Assembly (NCBI GenBank): GCA_965248925.1
Contig: CBDFLE010000005.1
Coordinates: forward strand, 1,472,001 to 1,536,000
Length of the DNA stretch: 64,000 bases
From: Candidatus Multivoradales bacterium
Lineage (GTDB): Bacteria > Acidobacteriota > Thermoanaerobaculia > Multivoradales > J023
Reading direction: 5' to 3'
Part shown: positions 36,067 through 47,300 of the stretch, piece by piece
Numbering within the stretch: the first letter of the stretch is position 1
Layout of the letters: every line of letters begins with the position of its first letter
Made by a program: the position numbers and the translations under genes
The notes under the pieces: model-generated
Database searches by the model: none
What the model was told of the DNA's origin: nothing
Seen by the model: the letters and a program-made list of their open reading frames with translations, nothing else

Positions 36067-38487
36067 TCACTTCTCATCCAGCAGCAGAGTGGGCTTCAAG
36101 CGCGCTACTCTCCGAGCCGGCAAAAACGACGCCAAGATACCCATCGCCAGGAGTAAGACCGCCCCCAGGAAAAATGCCGGGCCGTCGAGAGCACTAATGC
36201 CGTGAATCCAACCCTTCAAAAGACGGGTGACCGCCAAAGCCCCAAAGACGCCAAAAACTACACCCATGACAGCAAGCCACGCGCCTTCCCTAAAGACCAA
36301 GCTGACAACATCGCGCCGCGAGGCGCCAAAGGCCATTCGCACACCCATCTCGTGCCTTCGCAACGACACCGAGTACGACATCACGCCATAGATCCCAGCC
36401 AATGCCAAAATCACGGCAACCAAAGCAAACCGCCCCAGCAACTGAGCCATGATTCCCGTACCCGCAATATCATCCTGTAGAATCTCTTCCAAGGCCTTCA
36501 CTTCGTAGATCGGAATACCAGCTTGCGCGCCAGCAACCGCCGCTTGCACCGCGGTCGCCAAGCTCATTGGATCGCCCGACATGCTACGCACTGCGAAGGT
36601 CATATCCGTAGGCACTTCAGTGCGCTGCTGGTAGCTGAAGAAGATCGTCGGCAACACCGGATCCTCGAGCCCGCCTTGTTGGAAATCTGCCACCACACCG
36701 ACAACCCGCCAAGAATCCCCACCGAGGGTCAGCTGCAGCAGCAGAGGATCCTTGCCGCCGAAACTCAGTCTGGCCAAAGACTGGTTGACCACCACCGCTC
36801 TTTCGCCGGCAAAGGAATCTTGCGCCTCAATAGGACGGCCGTTGACTATCGGCGCTCTCAGCACTGAGAAGTAGTCCGGGCTAACAGTTAGGAAATCTGC
36901 GATCGGCTCACGGCCCGCCTGGGGCAATTCCCGGCCAGCTACAGCGTACCTGATTGCCGCCGCTGACTCGCCGGGCATGGCGTCGGCAAAAGCAAAGCCC
37001 TCAACTCCAGGAAGAACGCCAACACTATCGAGAATACTCTCATAGCGCCGCGAAAGAACCTCTCGGCGATCTTCTGGAGATTGGAGGCGCGCCGCATCCG
37101 ACATCGAAGTCTTGAAGGTCAAGATCCCCTCTGCCTCGAATCCAGGATAGGTCGTCTGGAGATACTGGAAGCTCCTGATCAAGAGCAAGGCCGCAACCAG
37201 CAGCACAAAAGACATGGTCATCTCTGCAACGACAAAGGCGCGCCGCAGCCACTTCTTCCGCCGGCTACCTTGCGATCGGCTATCTTGTTCCTTAACTAGA
37301 CCCGCCAGGTTCGGAGATCGCAGGAGTAGAACCGGAGCGAGGCCAAAAAAAGCGCCAGCGGAGAGCGACAACAGCACGGTAAAGAGCAAGATTCGGCCAT
37401 CCATGACGACGTTCTCCAACCGAGGAATGTCTGCCGGTACCACCGATTGGAGGTACTGCGTCCCCCAGCTTCCAAATACCAGCCCCAGCACGCCGCCCAT
37501 CACACATAACATCAGAGCCTCGCTCAAGGACAACCGAATCAACTCTCCTCGACCAGCCCCCAAAGACGTTCGCAGAGCAAACTCCTGCTGTTGGTCCACT
37601 GCCCGAGCCAACAACATACTAGAGATGTTGAAAACCGCGATCAGATGCACCGCCAGAACGGCAAGAATGAAGATCATTGCCACCAGATGAAAGTCCTCGC
37701 CGTAGATCTCCTGGTACAGGGAAAGTAGCCGGAACCCCCGATGTTCGTTGCTTCCAGGATAGGCCGCGGCGAGCCGCCCGGCGATACTCTTGAGTTCCTC
37801 GGCAACCTCCTCCTGACCACTATCTGGATGCAATCGGGCTATCACCGTCAGGGATTCTAGCTGTCGGTTATTGCGCTCTTCTTCACTCAAGTCGAGCGGA
37901 ACCCAGATCGCAGCATCGCGGGAAAGCACCTGGAATTCCGCAGGGATAACACCCACAACCTCATAGGCCGATCCATCGAGGTCTATGGTCAGGCCGGCCA
38001 GGCTGGAGGAACCCATCTGACTCTTCCAAAAACTCTCGCTCAGCATCGCCAAACGCTGTTTGGATCGCTCCTCCGCGCTGCTGAAGGTCCTACCGCGTAG
38101 CGCGTTGACATCGAATAGCGAAAAGAAGCTGGCACTCACCTCCAAACCCTTGACCCGCAGAGTCTGATCGCCGCCAACCAGATTGAATCCTCGCCCTCTC
38201 AAGGCGGTAGCCTCGAACCCCTGCGCTTGCTCGTCCAAATCAAGAAAGTCAAGCCAAGTCAGGGGGGAACGGTCCCAGTCGTAGTAGTCGTCGGTACCAT
38301 ATATGCGGTACAAGCTGGACGGATTTTCAAAGGGCAGTGGGTCGAGGACAAGTGGATCGAGAATGCTGAAGACCGCAGTGCTGGCACCGATACCGACAGC
38401 CAACACAAGAACAGCAATGGCGGCAAAGGCAGGATCCTTACGGAGCCTCCGTAGTGAGTATCGAAGATCTTGACCCAACGACATCAT
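36067..38487 (-). CDS. ABC transporter permease, ADOP (duplicated MacB/FtsX-like orphan permease) type
   Basis: QDLRYSLRRLRKDPAF...LAVGIGASTAVFS; two periplasmic+FtsX halves; GIYGVMSYSV..RRHEMGVRMAFGA; PARR; no ATPase domain. Confidence 0.92.
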   Translation of the reverse strand: MMSLGQDLRYSLRRLRKDPAFAAIAVLVLAVGIGASTAVFSILDPLVLDPLPFENPSSLYRIYGTDDYYDWDRSPLTWLDFLDLDEQAQGFEATALRGRGFNLVGGDQTLRVKGLEVSASFFSLFDVNALRGRTFSSAEERSKQRLAMLSESFWKSQMGSSSLAGLTIDLDGSAYEVVGVIPAEFQVLSRDAAIWVPLDLSEEERNNRQLESLTVIARLHPDSGQEEVAEELKSIAGRLAAAYPGSNEHRGFRLLSLYQEIYGEDFHLVAMIFILAVLAVHLIAVFNISSMLLARAVDQQQEFALRTSLGAGRGELIRLSLSEALMLCVMGGVLGLVFGSWGTQYLQSVVPADIPRLENVVMDGRILLFTVLLSLSAGAFFGLAPVLLLRSPNLAGLVKEQDSRSQGSRRKKWLRRAFVVAEMTMSFVLLVAALLLIRSFQYLQTTYPGFEAEGILTFKTSMSDAARLQSPEDRREVLSRRYESILDSVGVLPGVEGFAFADAMPGESAAAIRYAVAGRELPQAGREPIADFLTVSPDYFSVLRAPIVNGRPIEAQDSFAGERAVVVNQSLARLSFGGKDPLLLQLTLGGDSWRVVGVVADFQQGGLEDPVLPTIFFSYQQRTEVPTDMTFAVRSMSGDPMSLATAVQAAVAGAQAGIPIYEVKALEEILQDDIAGTGIMAQLLGRFALVAVILALAGIYGVMSYSVSLRRHEMGVRMAFGASRRDVVSLVFREGAWLAVMGVVFGVFGALAVTRLLKGWIHGISALDGPAFFLGAVLLLAMGILASFLPARRVARLKPTLLLDEK

Positions 38488-38532
38488 GGCTTCTCCTTGT
38501 TGCGGTGCAAAACTCAGCTGCTGCTCGACAGG

Positions 38533-39579
38533 CTACACAGACCCGGGCAACGACCTCAAGAACTCTAGGACCTCTGGAACAGTAATACCGGTTCGTTCCG
38601 CCAACAGCTGATGAGTACTGTCGATGTGTTCGGCCAACTTGATCATTTCTGTGACGAAATCGTCCCGCTCTTTGAGCCGGGAGACGAAAAACTCCGGGGA
38701 ACCGACGATGAAGAGTAGCCGGATCAGGCCAGTGAGCACCTCAAAATAGTCGAACCCCTCGAGAAGAATGCCACCTTGGCGCGAGTACTCCGCGAAGATT
38801 GTCGCCCGCAGAGACTCCTCGTACGCACCCACTAGCAGCATGGTCCAGGCAAGGTCTTTCCGCGGATCACCAATCGTGGCGCCTCCCCAGTCGATGATAA
38901 CCGGAGGACCTGCGGCAGGTAGCAACACGTTACCAGGGTGAAAATCTCCGTGCACGATTCCCGGATGCTCGCAAGGAACGTCTTTGAGTCTTACTCCTAG
39001 CCAATTCCATACCGGTACGAATCCAGGCATGGCCAGTCTCTTTATATCGTTCAGTAAAGAAGGCATCAGCCCCAACAGATAGCCATAGGGGTCGCTTTCC
39101 TCCCACTGCATGAGCTCCTCCCTTGCCGCTTCCCACTCCGTTTGATGGATAGAGACGAACTCCTTACAGAACAATGACAGCAATTGCTCCTTGCCTTCCT
39201 CTGAAGCTGCATAGTAGGCAGCCTTCAGGGTTGTGCCATCCACTCTTTCCATCAAGATGACGGGGCGGGAAAACACCGAATCCGCCGTGCCGAGGGAGAT
39301 GGGTCTCGCAACCTGGAGACCAGCTTGTCTGACTGCAGAAGTGGTCTCGAACTCATTTCGTGCCATCTCGTCGGACTTGCCAACAAAGAGCTTGAGTACA
39401 TAGTGACTGACAGCCCGCTTTTTGCCACTGCCGGCTTCTACAGCGAATGAATAGATATCAGCTTCCATCCCGACAAACAGTTTCTCGAGATCATAGACCC
39501 GGCTGTTAGCACTGACCTTGAGGACGGTGCGCGCCAAGTCGGCAACCCCCTCTTGAATTGCTCGTTCTATAGCCACCAC
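38533..39579 (-). CDS. Aminoglycoside phosphotransferase (APH) family kinase
   Basis: YVLK, ILMERVDG, Brenner motif HGDFHPGNVL, IIDW...GDPRKDLA. Confidence 0.88.
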   Translation of the reverse strand: MVAIERAIQEGVADLARTVLKVSANSRVYDLEKLFVGMEADIYSFAVEAGSGKKRAVSHYVLKLFVGKSDEMARNEFETTSAVRQAGLQVARPISLGTADSVFSRPVILMERVDGTTLKAAYYAASEEGKEQLLSLFCKEFVSIHQTEWEAAREELMQWEESDPYGYLLGLMPSLLNDIKRLAMPGFVPVWNWLGVRLKDVPCEHPGIVHGDFHPGNVLLPAAGPPVIIDWGGATIGDPRKDLAWTMLLVGAYEESLRATIFAEYSRQGGILLEGFDYFEVLTGLIRLLFIVGSPEFFVSRLKERDDFVTEMIKLAEHIDSTHQLLAERTGITVPEVLEFLRSLPGSV

Positions 39580-39593
39580 GTTTCCCTTTCAAG

Positions 39594-41327
39594 TCAGACA
39601 GTACCGGCCTCCAGGCCACTTCGGTCCAAGCTAGGCAAATCCTCCACGTCACTCCTTCGAGCTACGGCAGCCCCTTGACTGATCGTATCTGAGACTAACT
39701 TGCCGTCTTCCAGCTTCACCATCCGATCACCCAAATGGTAGTAACGATCGTCGTGGCTAATTACGATGATTGTCTTACCCGCAGCCCTCAGATCTTGTAG
39801 CAGGTTCAGATAGAAGAACTCTTTGAACTGCGGATCCTGGTCAGCAGCCCACTCGTCAAAAATGTAAATCGGCCGATCTTCGAGATAGGCAGTCAACAGC
39901 ACTAGCCGCTTTCGCTGACCCTGAGAGAGCTTGACGGTGGAGAACCGACCGTCCTTGATCTCCACCTTATGATCCAACTGCAACTTTGCTAAATACTCGC
40001 GACAACGCTCGCTGGATGACTCGGTTTCTAAGCCCGCCAATCTTTCAAAGATGAAAAAATCTGAAAAAGTAACTGTGAACAGCTGTCGATACTGTTCGAT
40101 AGTATCCTCAGAGACAACCTTTCCACCGATCAGGACTTGACCGCTCTCGGGTCGGTAAAGGCCCGCCACAATCTTCGCCAAAGTAGTCTTGCCACTGCCA
40201 TTGCCGCCGATAACGAACAAGATCTCGCCTGGGTTCACTGTCAGATCAATCGGCCCAAGAGTAAAGTTATCGCCCTCCCTTTCGTGGTAGTAGTTGTGGG
40301 TGACTCCATCCAGACGAATGTCGCCAAACTCGCTCGCTCCGTTTCCCCTCAACGCCAGGGACGATGGCGGAAGTTCTAGTTCAAAGTTTCTCCGGAAACT
40401 GTTCAGATTAAGCCCGTAACCCTCGATCTTCTTCATCGACACCTTGGCATTGGCGAGTTCCGGAATCACATCCAGTATCTTGAGCACTGATTCTTTGGCG
40501 TACAGCAGCGTTAAAGTGAAAGCCGTCAACACACTTACTTCCAGATCAATAAAGCTGGCTGCGCCATAGAGCACGAAGCCGATGAATAAAAGAAACGATA
40601 TTTTTCCCCAACTCTTGACCAGATTGTAAGCATGGTGACCAGCGAAAGCCAGTCGCCGGTAGTTCTTGGCTGAACCCATGAGATCTTGAGAGAGAAAGCT
40701 TTGTCGACGCACCGCGTGGAGCTTCAGCTCCTTGAATCCACCGGAGATAGCCTTGAAGTTGTCGACCAGATCGTCCCAGTGCTCACGCGCCCGCCCCAAC
40801 AACCTCTCGGCTCTCTTCATTGGCACTTTGTAGGTCATGTAGAGCAAAATCATGAAAACCAGGAGGACCGCCACCGTGATGGGCGCGAGCAGATACAGGT
40901 AGACCAGGCACCCAGTGACAATGGCGATACTGACCATCAACTCAGGAATCTTGAGCAGAGTTCCACCGATAGCCGCGACATCCTGAGTCAGTACGGCGAA
41001 GACCCTGCTTTCGCCGATCTTCTCGTAGTCACGGCAGGGCAGCGCCAGGATCTGCTGGCAGAGGCTGACCCGCAAGTCAAATCCAGACCGACTGGTGAGG
41101 TAAAGGGTGGTGATACGCGACGCATAGCCGGTCAGAAAAACCAGCCCCAGAAGAAGGAAGAAACTCCAAGCGTTTGCTGGAACCCAGGCATCGTCAGCAC
41201 CAAGTTCAGCACTGATCAAACCCAGCAGTGCTGCATTGCTGGCGCCACCGAGCACGCTCAGAACGCCGATCAAGGCGAACAGTGGGGGAGAGTATCGAGC
41301 CAACATGAGCAGAAATTTCACGACCAA
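39594..41327 (-). CDS. Cyclic peptide export ABC transporter (SyrD/PvdE/YojI family)
   Basis: Fused TMD-NBD; GFKELKL, FTLGPIDL, GGNGSGKTT, LSQGQRKRL, FDEWAADQDP, ISHDDRY. Confidence 0.95.
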   Translation of the reverse strand: MVVKFLLMLARYSPPLFALIGVLSVLGGASNAALLGLISAELGADDAWVPANAWSFFLLLGLVFLTGYASRITTLYLTSRSGFDLRVSLCQQILALPCRDYEKIGESRVFAVLTQDVAAIGGTLLKIPELMVSIAIVTGCLVYLYLLAPITVAVLLVFMILLYMTYKVPMKRAERLLGRAREHWDDLVDNFKAISGGFKELKLHAVRRQSFLSQDLMGSAKNYRRLAFAGHHAYNLVKSWGKISFLLFIGFVLYGAASFIDLEVSVLTAFTLTLLYAKESVLKILDVIPELANAKVSMKKIEGYGLNLNSFRRNFELELPPSSLALRGNGASEFGDIRLDGVTHNYYHEREGDNFTLGPIDLTVNPGEILFVIGGNGSGKTTLAKIVAGLYRPESGQVLIGGKVVSEDTIEQYRQLFTVTFSDFFIFERLAGLETESSSERCREYLAKLQLDHKVEIKDGRFSTVKLSQGQRKRLVLLTAYLEDRPIYIFDEWAADQDPQFKEFFYLNLLQDLRAAGKTIIVISHDDRYYHLGDRMVKLEDGKLVSDTISQGAAVARRSDVEDLPSLDRSGLEAGTV

Positions 41328-41354
41328 GCTCCTTCTACCGGTTGTTCTTGTTGT

Positions 41355-44300
41355 TTACTTGGAGTTTCTTGCAACACTCAACAAATCTCCAGCCAGCTGC
41401 AACCGCTGGCCCAGTATGTTCGCCAGCGGTATCACATCGGGTTCGCGGACGATCGAGAAATGGTCTCCCTGCACGAGGTGCACCTCGAGTTCAGCGGCCA
41501 AGCCTTGCCAACCTCCATCCAGGTCTTTGGGCTCCATTCTTGTTCTTTTCTCAGCCAGGAACAGGTCTAATTTCCCCGCGTACGACGAGGGACAGAACTG
41601 ACTCAAGGCATCGACATGCCGTTCAAAGTTGACGTAAAGTTCTTTCAGCTGCGACAGCGTTACGCTGCTAGGTAGGTGCCCAGCCCGTGTTAGGGTAGCC
41701 TGAAATCTAGGCATGGCCTCCTCGACCGTCTTGAGATTACCCTTGGTTCGGGACAGGAACTTCCTCTGACTTTCGTCAAGACCGAGCTGTTGGCCAAAGC
41801 TGACCAGACGGCTGAGCCCCTTGAGCTGAGCCATCTCTTGCAGCACCCAGATCTTGGAATCGATCAAACCTAGAAATGCTACCTCACCCCCTGCCGCCTC
41901 TATCTGGCGAGCCATCTCAAAGGCGATGAAGCCTCCCATCGACCAGCCACTCAAGAAGTAGGGGCCGTGGGATTGCACTTTACGAATCTCGCCGGCATAA
42001 CGTTGAGCCATTCCCTCGATTGTCGTCGTCGCGGCTTTCCCCTCTATACTGGTATCGCGCAAGCCGTAGAAAGGCCCCTCTCTGCCCAGGAGGCGTGCCA
42101 GGCGGGCGTAGCAGAAAATTTCGCCGCCGGTGGGGTGAACGCAGAACAATGGTGGTCGACTGCCACCGTTCTGCAGACACATCAGGGGTGAGGTAGTGTC
42201 GCCCGCCACCGTAGCCTGCTGTTCCAACTGGCATTTCAGCGCCATTCTGATGACTTCATACAGCGCTCTTATATTGCTCGTCCCTTCTTCATGCACCACC
42301 ATTCCGACTTTGTATTCTGCCGAGCCCGGTTGTAAGTAATCCATGAACCACAGACGGTGCTGACCGAAAATCTGGTGGGACTGCTCCGCCGCGCTGCCCT
42401 GCGCTGTCTCACCTCGGGCCAGGAAGGCTTCTACCTTCTCCGCCAAACCGGCTATTGTCGGAGTATCGAAGAGATCGATCAGCGGTAGATCGACTGCGAA
42501 GGTTTCATGGATGCGTAGCATCACCTGGGGAGCAATTAGAGAATGTCCGTGAAGGTCGAAGAAGTCCTCGTGAATTCCGACGCTCTTTAGTACCAAGAGT
42601 CGTCTCCACATCCCTACCAGCAACCTCTCCACCATCGTTCGCGGCGCGGTGGTATCACGCTCCTGAAGTCCGCTCTGCGGCGTCGGCAGTGAGCGCCGAT
42701 CGATCTTGCCACTCGGGGTTAGAGGCAGAGCCTGCAGCTCAACGAAGGTCTGCGGAATCATGTAATCGGGCAGACTTTTCGCCAGGAATCTGGGCAGCTC
42801 TGCGGGATCGAATTCGCCATCCCCGGAGACAACCAAGTAAGCTATTAACCGGCTGGTGGTGGGCCCATCCGGGAGTATGGCCGCCACAGCTTCACAAACT
42901 CGCGGGTGTGCCTCCAAGGCCGTATCGATTTCTCCCGGTTCTATTCTGAAGCCCCGCACCTTGACTTGCTGATCGATTCGTCGCAGGAAATCGATCTCGC
43001 CGCTTGCCCGCCAGCGCGCCAGATCGCCGGTGCGGTAGAGGCGCTCTCCAGCCTCGACGGAGAAACGATCGGGAACAAAACTTGTGGCGGTAAACGCTGG
43101 CCGGTCAAGATAGCCACGGGCCAGGGCAACGCCGCCAATCAACAGTTCTCCTGGAACCCCGGCCGGCGCCTGCGCGCCTAGGGAATCACACAGGTAGATC
43201 TTGGTGTGATCGATGGCACAACCGATCGGTGGCAGGGTCTCTGTACAAGAAGCTGGGTTGCTGTCGGTCCAGGAAGTTACTACGTGGCCTTCCGTGGGCC
43301 CGTAATGATTGTTCAGAGTCGAAAGTTTCTGGCGGCGAAAAAATTCCCGCACCGCGGTGGTCAAGCGCAGTTGTTCACCAGCGATAAAGGTCTCTCGCAA
43401 GGCCCGGGGAATGCGCTTACGCTGCACGGCAGCCTCGGCCATTTGCTGCAGAGCAACGAAGGGTAGGAACATGCGTTCTACCGGTTGCTGATTCATCCTC
43501 TCCAGGAGATTCGGCGTATCGCGGCGTAGCTGCTCGTCAACCAGCACCAGGGTGCCACCGGCGCACCAGGTCGAGAAGATCTCCTGAACCGACACGTCAA
43601 AGCTCAGCGAGGCAAACTGCAACGTTAGACCACCGCCAAACCGTGACTGGCTGAGTTGCCAGCGGATGAGGTTGACTAGCGCTCCCTGCGGCATCGCCAC
43701 TCCCTTGGGCCGGCCGGTAGAGCCCGAGGTGTAGATCACGTAGGCGAGACTGTCTGCGAGCGACACTGTGCGGGGGTCCTTGGCCGGCATCGCCGCCCAG
43801 CTCCCCCGGTCTCGGTCGAGACAGAGCAGCTCGCACGACAGCGGCGGCAGTCGCACAAGCAACCGTTGCTGAGTCAGCAGCGCGGTCACCTCAGCATCCT
43901 CGATCATAAATGCCAGACGCTCTTCGGGATAGGACGGATCGAGGGGCAAGTAGGCGCCGCCGGCCTTCAGTACCGCCAACACCGCGATCATCATCTCGAG
44001 CGAACGCTCTGCCATGATTCCCACCACGACGTCCGGTCCCACCCCCAACGAGGCTAGTTTGTGCGCCAGCCGATTGGCCTGACGATCAAGCTCGCCATAA
44101 CTTAGCCGTGCGGCGGCGAAGATTGCCGCGATGGCTTCTGGCTGCCGCTGTACCTGCTGCTGGAAAAGCTCGGTAAGAGTCCCTGTTGGCGGCCATCCAT
44201 CTCCCGTATCGTTCCATTCCACGATCTGCTGGCGCTCCGCTTTGGAAAGCAGGTCGAACCGCAGTAGGGATCGCTCAGGTGTCGTAGCGATGGCTAGCAG

Positions 44301-47300
44301 TAGACGCTGGAAATACTCTATATAGCGCTCGACAGTAGTACCATCGAACAGTTCGCTCGAGTATTCCAGTACTCCCCGCATCCGCCCCGCATCCTCGGTC
44401 ATACTGAGCAGTAGGTCGAATCTAGCGGTGGTCTGTTCGCTGTCGAAGTCCTCAATCTCGAGATCCCCGACAGCAGTAGGTGCTGAAGGTAAGTTCTGAA
44501 ATGCCAACATCACTTGAAAAAGGGGAGAATAGGAGAGGGCGCGTTCCGGCTGAAGTTCTTCGACTAACCACTCAAACGGCAAGTCTTGGTGAGCAAAGGC
44601 CTCGAGCGCCACCGCCCGAACATTCGCCAGAAAGGCCTCGAAACTGGGGTTGCCGGAAAGATCCGAGCGCAGCACTAAAGTGTTGACGAAGAAGCCGATC
44701 AAAGGCTCGATCTCCAGGCGGCTGCGGCCGGCGATCGGCGACCCGACGACAATATCCTGCTGTCGCGAGATGCGCATCAGAAGGGTTTGAAATGCTGCTA
44801 GTATCACCATGTAGAGTGTCGCGCCGCAGCGGCGCCCCAGGGCTTCGAGTGCTTCAGTCACGGCTACCGACAACTCAAATCCAAGAGTCCCTCCGCGAAG
44901 GCTCTGAAGAGCTGGGCGTGGTCGATCAGTGGGGAGTTCCAGAAGCGGTGGCGCGTCTGCAAGTTTGTGACGCCAATATTTCAACTGCACTTCAGCTGGG
45001 CCGCCTTCCAACCACTGTCGCTGCCATGCGGCGAAATCTACGTACTGCACCGGCAGCTTTGCTAGAGGCGAGTCCTGGCCGGTGGAATAGGCGCTGTAGA
45101 GTTCGCCAAGCTCCTGCGAGAGCAATCCCATCGACCAACCATCGCTGATCACATGATGCAAGGTAATCAACAGCACATGCCGCTCGGCTGCCTGGCGAAG
45201 CATACGGGTTCGGATCAGAGGCCCAGAGGTGAGATCAAAGAGCAGTGCGGCTTCCTCGCCAACCAATCGACCCGTCTCGACCTCGCGATCCTCAGGTGAC
45301 AAGTCCGCAAGATCCACCAACGGTAGCCGCCACGGCCCCAGACGAGTGATCACCTGCGCCGGCCCTGCGGCTCCGAGAAAGAAAGTCGTACGCAGGCTCT
45401 CGTGACGCTGCAAAACCTCGACGAATGCACGCTCGAGCGCTGCGATCATCAATCGACCTTCGAGACGCAGGGCCAACGGCATGTTGTAAGCGGGGCTATC
45501 TGGCATCAGCTGGTGCAGGAACCACAGGCGTTGTTGAGCATAGGACAGCGGCAACTCACCTTCCCGTGGCGCCCGATTGATCGGCTCTACGTTCGCCGAA
45601 TCGCCCCGCAACTCAGTATCGATAACGGCTCCGAGCTGACGAATCGTCGACTCCTCGAAAAGGGTACGCAACTGCAGCTCGAGACCCAGGGAAGCTTGCA
45701 AGCGTGAGATGAGCTGCGTCGCCAACAAGGAATGACCACCGAGTTCGAAGAAACTCAAGTCGATATCGCACTGCTTTTGGCCCAGGAGTTCGCACCAGAT
45801 GTTGCTCAGTAACTCTTCGATCGGCGTACGTGGCGCAGTGAAGTCGCCGTCCTTCGCCGAACGTTTCTGGGGTTCCGGCAGGGCCTTGCGATCCACCTTG
45901 CTATTGGCATTCAGCGGCAACTCGGCCAAGAACACATAGTCCGGCGGCACCATGTACTCGGGCAACTTCAACCGCGCCAGCTGGCGCAGTTCCGCGGCTG
46001 TTGGAGCTGTCGGCGCGGCACTCACCACATAGGCCGCCAGGCGCAGGCCGGCTGGGGTTTCCCGCGCCACCACCAACACCTGCTCGACGCCGGCCTGCTC
46101 ACCCAGCACCGCCTCGATCTCCCCCAGCTCGATGCGGAAACCGCGAATCTTCACCTGATGATCGAAACGACCGAGGAAATCGATCTCTCCCTCAGCCCGG
46201 TAGCGAGCCCGGTCGCCGGTGCGATACAGACGTCCTCCCGGCGCTGTCGCGAAGGGATCGGGAACGAAAACCGCCGCGGTCAAAGCTGGCCGGCCGAAGT
46301 AGCCTTGGGCGAGCCCGTCGCCAGCGATCAACAGCTCCCCAGGAACACCGATCGGCCCCCAGCGAAGGTACTCGTCGACCAAGTGGACACGGGAATTGGA
46401 GATCGGAACGCCAATCGGCACCGCTGTCGCGCTCTCTTCGAGGTGGTCCAGCCGGTGGCATACCGCAAAAGTGGTGCTCTCGGTCGGCCCATAGCCGTTG
46501 ATCAACTGCCGCGGCCGATCTTGGTGGTCGAGCACCGCCCGCACCCAGCGAGGGTCCGCGGCCTCGCCGCCAAAGATCACCTGTCGCATACCGCGGAAGG
46601 CACCGGGGAGTTCTTGTCCCACCTGGTCAAACACCGCCGCCGTTAGAAACAGCGTGGTGATCTTCTTCGCCCGCAGCTCGGCCGCCAACAGCGCGGGTGA
46701 GACCAGCGTCTGCTGAGCAATGCCCACCACCGCGCCGCCGTGCAGCAAAGCCCCCCAGATCTCGAAAGTGGCGACGTCGAAGGACGTATTGCACCCCTGC
46801 GCGATGCGCTCGTCACCGACCAGCTGGAGGTAATTGGTCGCCACCAGCAAACGCGTGATCGCCTGCTGCGGCACCGCCACTCCCTTCGGCCGGCCGGTCG
46901 AACCCGAGGTGTACATCACATAGGCCAGGCTCTCGGCCGCCGCCAAGGGCTCGAGCGATGCGGTCTTCTCCTGCTCCACCTCCGGCGCGGTATCGAGGCA
47001 GATCACCTTGCCAGAGAAGGCCGGCAGCTCGCTAGCCACCGCTGTCTCACTCAACACGATCTCGACTCCCGAGTCCTCCAACATCAGCCCTAGCCGCGTC
47101 GCCGGATAGGCCAAGTCGAGCGGCACATAGGCGCCGCCGGCCTTCAAGATCGCCAACATGGCGACGATCATCCGCGGCGAACGAGCCGCGTACAGACCCA
47201 CTAGGGTGCCGGCCTCGACACCACGGCGGCGCAAGTAGCGGGCCAGCTGGTTGGCCGCGCCGTCCAACGCGCCATAGCTCAAGAACTGATCCTCGTAGGC

